Source: Octopus sinensis (lineage: Eukaryota). From it: 64,000 nt of DNA. Both the position numbers and the translations under genes were made by a program. The notes beneath the pieces were generated by a model. The model saw only the letters and a program-made list of their open reading frames with translations. It did not search any database and was not told where the DNA came from. Shown here piece after piece: positions 54,602 to 64,000 of the stretch; the stretch's first letter is position 1, and each line of letters starts with the position of its first letter. The stretch lies in assembly GCF_006345805.1 (NCBI RefSeq), contig NC_043009.1:40920001-40984000 (forward strand). The letters are read 5' to 3'.

Positions 54602-55740
54602 ATATATATTTATTATACATAAATATAATATATATATATATAGTTATGTATATTTATTTATGTGTATTATATTATATGTATATATTATACATACATGTAT
54701 ATGCATATATGTGTGTATATATATATATATACATATATAATGTGTATGTATATATATATATATGTTTATATATATATATATTATGTGTATGTATATATGT
54801 TTATATATATAAAGAAATATATATATAAATAAATATATATATATATAATGTGTATGTATATATGTTAATTTATATACATATATATATATGTGTGTGCATG
54901 TGTGTGTGTGTTGTATTTTGGGATGGTCATTAAAAATTTTTTTTTCAAAATGAACACATGAACTATATATTTGTTCTTTACTTGTTTATTACAGCCCTTA
55001 TTTTTTATTTTAACTCATGTCCATTCTATGGAAATCTTTCATTACACATCTGTGACCTCTTCAGTGACACATTTCGTTTCCATGTGTGCTCTTGCTCGAC
55101 TTACTCTATTCTGGTCTTCTAAGATGTGTATCATTACGTGAGTATGCATGTGCATCTGCGTTTTTATGTGTGTGAATATGTGATTGTGTATGCTTGTGTG
55201 TGTGTCATTGTTCTTAGCAGCAGTGTGACCTTCCTCTCAGCCTCTTTTTCTCACCCCGTTGTGCTGCTGCTGTCCTAAGACTCAAAAATTTGGTACAGTT
55301 CCTGTATCTCTCTGTGTTTGTCCACCAGTATTGCCATCATGGTAGTTGTTGTTGTCACCGCTGCAGCTGCTGTCATTGATATTTGTGTTGTTGATATTGT
55401 TGTGGCCATCCGTGAAATTTCTTGTGTGTGTATGTCGTTTGTGTCCATGCTCTTTATATGGACTTATTTATTTGTTTTATCTATCTCTATTTCTTATATT
55501 TATCACAGGAATGTGACAAATATATTTATCTATCTATTTATCTATTTATTTTTTATTTATCTATCTCTAGTTTTTATATGTATCACATGTAATTGCATAT
55601 ATGTCTATTGTGTGTGTATTTACCCTGTATGTATCTGTGTATTATTTACGATTTTCTTTTCTTCCCCTCTCTTCTCAACGTTCCTGTCTTTAGTCATGTG
55701 GTGTGGTGGTGAGTGTTACTGCTCCATTCATGTTTTCTAT

Positions 55741-56400
55741 TGAGGCTCGGTCTGTCTAAGTGTCATGTTCTATGCATCGATAATACTTTAATCTCTGTGC
55801 TATTAATCGAGCCTCCATGTTTTGCCTGAGCATGTTGGTAGAGCCCTGAAGAACTTTTCTCTTTTCTAAGCTCTCACCAATGTTCACCTATATGATCTCC
55901 TATGCTGCATGCAGTCTCTCCAATACAGGTAGTTGTCATGTTTCTGCACCGTCCCTCAATACAAACTATACACTATACTCCTAACCTTAAAGTTAACCCG
56001 TGGGTTCATCCTACATTCAACACAATTGTACTCCATACAGGGGGACAGGTACTACAAAATCATGGATTTTATAGGAATACCAGGCCTCTCTAGTACTTTA
56101 ATCACCAGGGTTAGCATTGATAAACATGACACTCTGGTATTTTTTGTTGTCATACTAAGTGTTGGCCTTATTTATCTTATTACTGGTCCTTTCTGTGCTG
56201 TTCCAGGATTTACTCCTGTATAGAATCCCTTAGTATCATTCTCTATGATAGCTTTGTACTTAGTCCTGGCACCTTTGTACACTGTAATCCTGTCCCTTTG
56301 TATGGATGTAGTGTCCCTGTACTCATCCATTGGTGTTGATTTTGCTGTGGAGAAGGTGATCAACGAGAGTAATGTGAACTAGGCTTCCTCCTGAGACTGA
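55741..56400 (-). mobile_element. Penelope-like element relic: RT thumb/linker plus GIY-YIG endonuclease
   Basis: Minus translation with stops and one frameshift: KVLERPGIPIKS..PCMEYNCVEC...SIVYSL...CIGETACSIGDHIGEHW*ELRKEKSSSGLYQHAQAKHGG...IKVL. Confidence 0.7.
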
Positions 56401-56666
56401 TATGCGACAATGATTACTTAAATAAATATGACCTTAGTTGTTTCTGCTCCACAAGATCGATAAGAGGTAGACCCCTATTATAAATTCATGGCCGAGAAGA
56501 TCCCTAAAGAGAGATGGAACAGGTGGACCAGAGCTACTATACATATATTTCCCACACTAGTATTGGGAATCCTAGAAGGAAAAATCTACACCATATCCAG
56601 AACCACTAAGCCACGCGCCTCCACATATATACACACATACATACAAATATATACTGCACTTGTGAG

Positions 56667-57392
56667 GTGGATTTGAAAATATAATGTATAAGTATGCAGT
56701 ATGTCTGTTTTCAGTATGATGGAGTACACATGACAAATTAATTTATTTGCTCATTAATACAGAAACTTGAGTTTGGGATTAACTATAAAAATATTATTTT
56801 ATTTTCATCCTTTGAAATCGCTTTTATTCATGGTTTGGGTTTTGACAGCCCTTTCTAGCATGAAGGTCTCCTGTCAAAGTTCACCTCTTTTGTGTATAAA
56901 TACTTGATTGTTTATACACTATTATGTATGAAAATATGTTGTCTATTGACTTTATTATGCATACTAGTCACTGGTATGAACATTTTTCTAAATTTTCTAC
57001 ACTTCTTATTTCCACAGTAAAATTTTCGTAATTTCTGGTTCGCAGTTTTAACTTTATTATTATTTGCTGCTGAATGTAACTGTGCTGGCATGGTGGATTT
57101 GAAAATATAATGTATAACTATGCAGCATGTGCATTTTCGGTACGTATTAACTACATAATTATGCATTAATTTTAGTGACTCTACTGATGGGTAACACAAC
57201 AAATTGATTTATTTGCTCATTAATACAGAAACTCGAGTTTGGGGTTAACTATAAAAATACTTTTTATCTTCATCCCCTTTGAAATTGCTTTTATTTGTAG
57301 TTTGGGTCTTGACTGCCTTTTCTAGCATGTAAGGTGTCCTATCAAAGGTCACCTCTTTCGTGCATAAATGCTTAATTGTTGTACACTATTAT
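56667..57392. repeat. Diverged direct duplication (offset 426 bp)
   Basis: gtggatttgaaaatataatgtataa at 56667 and 57093; shared tttgctcattaatacagaaact.gagtttggg.ttaactataaaa. Confidence 0.8.
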
Positions 57393-57400
57393 ATATATAT

Positions 57401-57758
57401 GGATGCGCAATGGCCCAGTGGTTAGGGCAGCGAACTTGCGGTCGTGCGATTGCGATTTCAATTCCCAGTCCAAGTGTTGTGAGTGTTTAATGACGAGGCT
57501 CTGACAGGGGTTGATGGCGAACCCTGCTGTACTCTTTCACCACAACTTTCTTTCACTCTTTCTTCATGTTTCTGGTGTACCTTTATATCTAAGGGCCAGC
57601 CTTGTTACACTCTGTGTCACGCTGAACCTCCCTGAGAACTGCTAAAGGTACACAGGTCAGTGGAGTGCTCAGCCACTAGCATGGTAATTTCAAGAGCAGG
57701 TTGTTCCATTGATTGGATCAACTGGAACCCTTCTCATTGTAGCTAACGGAGTGTCACA
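57401..57758 (+). mobile_element. SINE with family-C head and C'-type 3' half
   Basis: Head gcgcaatggcccagtggttagggcagcg as at 22417; tail as in 2054-2362. Confidence 0.75.
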
Positions 57759-57792
57759 ATTATATATATATATATATATACATACATACCTA

Positions 57793-57849
<57 letters not shown>

Positions 57850-57941
57850 AGAATTTACAAAAAACAAAAGATGAAGACAGGTGGTGTACAAAACAAACAG
57901 ATGCATTAGTATAACGCTCAGGAATATACATACATACATAC

Positions 57942-57976
<35 letters not shown>

Positions 57977-59326
57977 TACACATATATATATTTATATATA
58001 CACATACATATATTTATACACATACATATATTTATATATATATATACACATATCTATACACACACACACATACATCATGTATGCATTTACATATATATAT
58101 ATATACACACACACACATATATATATATTTATATATACATATATATATGTGTATGTATATATGGCTTAAATCAACATACGTGTTTGTGTGTGCGTGCATG
58201 CACACACACACATTCTACTAAGACATAATTTCAGTACCGCTTCTTTCTTTCTCACCAGTCCGAATAAAGAAGAAGCAAAGAAAATTAAGAAGTGTTGAAA
58301 CATTGAAACAATAAAAGTCGAGTTAATGCTATGCTGTTTACCTTGGAAGACACCTACAAACCTACCTACCTACCTAGATGCCTACCAAATGGTCATTTAC
58401 AAAAAGAAAACAATAATAATAATAATAATAATAAAAATGAAATACATATATTTTACTTGGTATAGTAGTTTTTGATAATATTTGTTAATTGCTACTTCTC
58501 TCTCTCTCTCTGAATGGGACACTAATAAAAAGAGTGGAGACTTATATGTTATATAGTTAGTGAATGAATGCCTCTGACTTATAATTTATTTTATATATTT
58601 TTACAGCACTATCTCAACTGAGTCATTAGAGAAAGGAGAATCAATTAAAATATATTGATGTATGGATATTAAGCAGAAGCTATGAAGAAAAGAGAGAGGG
58701 AGGAAGGTTTCAGATAAAAAAAATAATAAATAGACAGAAACTAAGTTATTGATCTTTCATAGTAATAGCTCAATAAATGAGTGGAGAAGTAAAGATTGGA
58801 GGGTAATGAAATTAAACCACTACTCTCTACAACGGACTATATCTATAAATTAAGAGGCATTTTTTTTTTGTCTTTTGTATTTTCACACCACCCCATATAC
58901 ATATACACACATATATATACACATATGTGTATATATGTATGATGATGATATAAGCGTGCATATATATATATATATATATGTATGCGTGTGTGAGTGTATA
59001 TATATGTATATAGATATATGTGTACATATACTTACATATATGCATTTTGCATGTGTATCTATAAATATATACATATTTATATAACTAGATGTACACATAT
59101 GTATATATGCATATTCCTATAATCTCCATGCACACTGTATGTGAGCGTGGATGTGTGTGTGTGTATATATATATATATATGGGTGCATATATAAGACATA
59201 AATGTATAATTTTAGAAACACACTCACACTCAAATGTATATGTGCTCATATTTGCACATACACCATAAACTTATATTAAGATCATATAAGAATTATGTTG
59301 TATATGTTTGTGAGTTTAGGGAGATA

Positions 59327-59368
<42 letters not shown>

Positions 59369-59814
59369 ATACACTTAGAAATATTAATGTGCAAAAACAC
59401 ACACAAATACAAACATTCTCATTCATACATACACACACACATACATCACATACACAGTAAAATACCTTACACAGGTAGATGGACGGTGAAAGTGAAGGCT
59501 GATCCATAATTATATAGGAAATTGGCTCAAATTCATTTATAGACACAAGATGAAACAGCTAACTTGCTTAACCTGACTGTTTGATAGCAAAAGTTTCAAA
59601 AAAAAAATCCCAATAAATTAAAGAATTAATCATAGATATTAAACCCTGACAGTTCAACTGGCCAATTAACCCTTTACTTATACAAGGTATATGACATTTA
59701 CATGCTGTTGATTAAACCCTTTAGAGATGAAACCAAATGATGGAGCTATGCTAAGAATGTTGTTATTGATATAACTAGAATGTTACCTGTCATACAGGTA
59801 ACTTTGGAAATGTA

Positions 59815-61262
59815 CTGGGTCATCCTATAAGTAATGCAGTTTTTTCAATTGTATGATCTAAACTACTTGCATCAACTTTCTATAAAAGCAGGTAGTAAAT
59901 TTACCTTGTACTTATTCTTAGTGCAAGTTTTGAAGAGTGCAGTTCAATTTTAACAGTTATATTTTCAAAGCTTTAATGGAAGTGACAAAGGAGCATCTTT
60001 GGTATATTTCGCTTTATAAAATTCAATAAAGGCAACAACACAATGGAAAGTGTGAAGAATATTAATGTAGTATATGGGGATTGGACAATAAGCATAATTC
60101 AGAGTCAATGGTTGTTTTGGAAATTCTGAGCCAGAAAGTACAGCTTAGAAGATGAGCATCATCCTGGAAGATCTGTAGAGCTCAACGAGGACATTCCCCA
60201 AACTCTGGTGGAACAAAATCTCATCATAACTGTTGAGGAACTAGCAGAGAAGTTTGGATTTGGTCATTCGACCATTTATCAACATCTGCATACCATTGGA
60301 AAAGTCAGCAAATTGGGTCAATGGGTTCCTCACAGAGAGTGAATGTGTGCTCTTATTTGCTGTCACATCTCACAAATGAACCTTTTTTGGACCAAATAGT
60401 GACTGGTGACGAGAAATGGGTTCTCCATAAAAATGTCAAGTGCTGAAGACAGAGGGTAGGGAAAGGACAAACACCAGTACCCCAGGCTAAAGAATGTCTT
60501 CACCCATGTAAGGTGTTGTTATATGTTTGGTGGGACATGAAAGGTTTAGTCCAATTTGAACGTTTAAACCTAAACCAAATGATAACAAATGAGATCTACT
60601 GCGAGCAGCTTGAGTGGCTTAAGTCAGCGCTAGAAGAAAAACGACCATCTTTGGTTTCAAGATGAAAGGTGTCCTTCCATCAGGATAATGCTCAGCCACA
60701 TACAGTGAGGGTGACATTCCAAAGGGTGGAGCAGTTTGAATGGAGAACGATGCCCCACCCACTATATTCGCCAGACATTGCCCCATCTGATTATCATTTA
60801 TTCTGCAGTCATCAAAATCATTTGGATGGAAAAAATATGAATTCTGTAGATGAGGAGTATTTTTCGTCACAGACAAGTGAATTTTGGAAGAGAGGCCTTG
60901 CAAGTCTACCAGATAGATGGAAGAGTATTGTAGAAAATGAAAGAGAGTATATTTCAGATTAACCTTTTCGTTACCAACCTGGCTGAAACTGGCTCTGGCT
61001 CTGTGTACAAATGTCTTGTTTTCATAAGTTTTGAATTAAAATCTTCCACCAAACTTTAGTCACAATTTATGTTCCTAAAACTAGCTGAATGATAATTAAG
61101 TTATTTTACTAAATTCTTTATTATATTCTAAGTAATTTAAAGAAACACAGAGCATCTCAAAATAAATACATTAACAAAAGGGTTAAAAAAGAACACTGTT
61201 TATCTTAATTTTGAGAAGTAAAAGAAGTATAAAAAAACTGTAATGTTTATGGGATGACCCAA
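59815..61262 (+). mobile_element. Full-length defective mariner (DD34D), TA TSD, with nested MITE
   Basis: TIRs ctgggtcatcctataagtaatgcagttttt / aaaaaactgtaatgtttatgggatgacccaa; ATG 59976 (MEVTKEH..); VTGDEKW, QDNAQPH and YSPDIAPSDYHLF with 34 residues between the second and third D; stop 60960-62. Confidence 0.92.
60963..61182 (-). mobile_element. TTAA-flanked MITE (220 bp) nested in the mariner
   Basis: TTAA at 60959-62 and 61183-86; ends ccttttcgttac / ttaacaaaaggg; related to 591-1202. Confidence 0.78.
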
Positions 61263-61959
61263 TACTTTTGTTTCTAAAGGTAATATCAAGAATTATGGTG
61301 TGCATATAATTTTAAAATTGTAATTTAATTTGTTGGTGTTTGTATAAAATGATGGAGTGAACACTAACTTTCACAGGCATGGCTGTATGATTAAGAAGCT
61401 TGCAATGTAACCATCTAGTTTCAGATTCAGTTCCACTAGACAGCACCTTGAGCCCAGGGACAAATCAGTGTCTTGTGAATGAGTGGATTTGATAGTCAGA
61501 AACAGCATAGAAACCTGTCAAGTGTGTGAGTATGTATACATACATACATCATCATATAGTGTCTGCTTTCCATGCGAGCATGGGTTGGACAGCTTAATTG
61601 AAACTGGTAGGTGGAGAGCTACACCAAGTTCCAATCTGATTTGGCATGGTTTCTATGGCTGGGTGCTCTTCCACATGCCAACCAATCCAAAACTGTAATG
61701 GGTGCTTTTTACATGCCGCCAGCAATGGGTGCTAGTCATGTGACACCAGCATCAGCCACAACTATGATTTCACTTGGCCTAATCAGCTGCAATGTCAGAA
61801 ACCCTTCCGTTTTATCAGAAGATATCACAATGCATGCCATTGGAAAAGTCAGAAAATTGGGTCAATATTTCACTCCTTCACCTGTGAATTTTGCCTGAAG
61901 CATTTTACCCCTTAACCTGAACACGTCACTTCAGCAAGAACTGAATTAGTGTTCACCTG

Positions 61960-62480
61960 TGGAAGGAAGGGTTTCTGCTTGCAGTCTCATGTCAATTACA
62001 ATAACCACGAGCTGGTTTCAGCTGACATGTCCATTTCCTGGCAGTTTTCCTCAGTTGTCTTTGTTCCAATCTTTTGCAGGAGACAGCAAACTGATCTAGC
62101 TGGAAGGCCACACAACACCTTTGATAAGTGCCTCATTGATCAAGTCCTGATATTTGCCTTTTCTTTAGCTGGTGAGAAATGTCAAGTCTGCTCTCTCAGA
62201 GCAATGTAAGTTCAACTACAATGATTGTTTTTGTACACCTGGAGAACAGGAATACGTTGGGTTAAAGTAGGGTTACCATTACCTCCACTGAGAAAATGAG
62301 CCTGCCATTCAGGTCCACTTGCATCTCAGTCCGAGGCTGGATGTAAAACAGAAAATTAATATCCTAAAGCTGCTTTTGTCTTAGGGACTTTGCCACCATC
62401 CATTAGAAATTTGATATTCTTAGATGGTACAAATAGTAGGGTAACAATAGCAGACTATTTGATCTTACAGTACAATATGT
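61960..62480 (-). mobile_element. Degenerate HERO-like (RLE-type) non-LTR retrotransposon C-terminus
   Basis: Broken minus frames: MQVDLNGRLIFSVEVMVTLL*PNVFLFSRCTKTIIVVELTLL*...HQLKK.KYQDLINEA...LLQKIG...SAETSSWL, matching the RPD..L.S...K.II..ELTVPWE...KY..L pattern. Confidence 0.6.
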
Positions 62481-63215
62481 ATCTATGAATACCTCTTTGT
62501 TATTTTGTAAAGCCACAAATCTTTTTAATTTTTCCAGTCATAAGACTATGGCCATGCTAGGGCATCACATCAATATGCTTAGTTGAGCCACTCCATGCCA
62601 GTACTTATTCTTAGTCTCTTTAAGTCCAATGTTTATTCTGTCTGTGTTTTTGGTGAACTGCTAAGTTGAGTAGACATAAGCAAACCGACACTAGTTGTCA
62701 ACACTGGTAGTGAACACACACACTACACACACACATACACACACACACACACGTACACACACACACTTGTGGATATTTCTGCCTAACAGCAGAACTATTC
62801 TTTCTATATTGTCAAAGTAGCAATGAACCAGGTGGATCCAACTTGTTATTTTGTTCTTTCGAAACAACTGATTATTGCATCATTCATAGTTAAATGCACC
62901 AATTTCTTTAGTTACCAAAATAAAAACAAAAAAAAACCCAAAAAAAAACAAATATATAAATAAAATGAAATAAAAGCTGTTGGAATTCTAATTGGGGAAA
63001 CTTTCTGTTCTGTGTCTTTTCTAAGCGTTCTACAGGATGAACAATCATGACACCATCCATTCTAAATACCAGAACTGGAACATAAAACCTCAGAGAAAGA
63101 AAAACAGAAGGAAACAAAAAAAAAAAGACTACAGAAGCCATGTAAAACTATAGTTATGATGATCTGAGCTATTTCATGATCAGTTAGTTGAACAAATTGT
63201 TTATTAATAACTTAC

Positions 63216-63326
63216 AGGAAGAGAAACCCTTTGAGCACTGTTGTTCATTCGATTCATATTTTCCATGGGTCGGAAGAGACGAATTCTATTATCAGGTCCG
63301 CGGTAAGCCTTCATTCCTTCAAAAAG
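63216..63326 (-). CDS. BCAT: Branched-chain amino acid aminotransferase, internal exon (111 bp, phase 0/0): [37 protein letters not shown]
   Basis: Matches the BCAT/IlvE LFEG(L/M)KA(Y/F)R...RLFRP..N..RM..SA.R..LP motif. Minus-strand acceptor ctctctcgttgcag|CTT and donor CCT|gtaagt; exactly 37 codons. As I recall, the boundaries match a vertebrate BCAT exon. Confidence 0.96.
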
Positions 63327-63669
63327 CTGCAACGAGAGAGGAAAAAAGAAGGTGTGAAATGGCTGCTGTGAAAAATTACTAACGAACCAAACCACGCTTT
63401 ACACATGAATTGCTCCCAGTGAATGGAGACTAGCTTTTCATAATAAAAGATATGTAAGAGTCATTATCTGACCGAGAACAATCATAAAAAGGAACAATGA
63501 GCCTGCCGTTTCTATCACCGAACACATATCATCCACTCAGCTGCTAACCTGAAATTTCTGGCTTTATAAAATAAATGAGCTTTTATTTCATTGTTGCAAA
63601 GGTGAATGTATTACAATACATATATGAATATATATAATATATATATGTCTGTGTGCGTGTGTATATATA

Positions 63670-63714
<45 letters not shown>

Positions 63715-64000
63715 TACACACACAACCACACATATATACATACTTATACATATACACACATATATATATATATATATATAAAAATACAGATAGATAAATG
63801 ATTCACTAAATAGTCAGTAAATATTAATGTTGGTGCATATCTATATTTATGTGCAAGTAACTATATATATATATATACACACACATACATAAATACATAC
63901 ATATATATATACATATACACACATACATATATAAATAATATATATATATACACACACACACATATACACAAATACATACATAAACACATGCATAAATACA

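Larger units (their letters stand above)
40634..63215 (-). other. BCAT intron, 22,582 bp, GT-AG
   Basis: Lies between two consecutive in-frame BCAT exons with no intervening BCAT residues missing. Confidence 0.9.

Noticed and set aside
61940-61985. cccttccttccacAG|GTGAAC ratchet-like site
   Set aside because: Weak donor, and it lies at the 3' end of the HERO-like relic.

Overview
AT-rich, repeat-dense animal genomic DNA. The SINE/MITE families and the heavy (TA)n/(CA)n/(TAA)n/(GAT)n load point to an octopus (coleoid cephalopod); this is recognition from memory, not a database result. The only host gene I can support is a branched-chain amino acid aminotransferase (BCAT) on the minus strand. 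Two internal exons are visible (63326-63216 and 40633-40514), separated by a 22.6-kb intron. The next exon is not found in the remaining 40.5 kb, so probably the whole window is BCAT pre-mRNA. The introns hold several tRNA-derived SINE families (two amplified into tandem arrays), Tc1/mariner relics (one with DD36E spacing), TTAA-flanked and hAT-type MITEs, a non-autonomous Helitron, CR1, RTE, R4/Dong-like, HERO-like and Penelope-like fragments, long fold-back palindromes and local tandem duplications. Nearly all ORF-track entries are microsatellite or TE artefacts. Best leads: candidate recursive-splicing (AG|GT) sites in the giant intron, a cluster of fold-back hairpins just upstream of a BCAT exon, the DD36E transposon, and SINE-to-satellite conversion. 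I found no clearly new multi-gene system. Repeat boundaries are read by eye and approximate unless a TSD or TIR is quoted.
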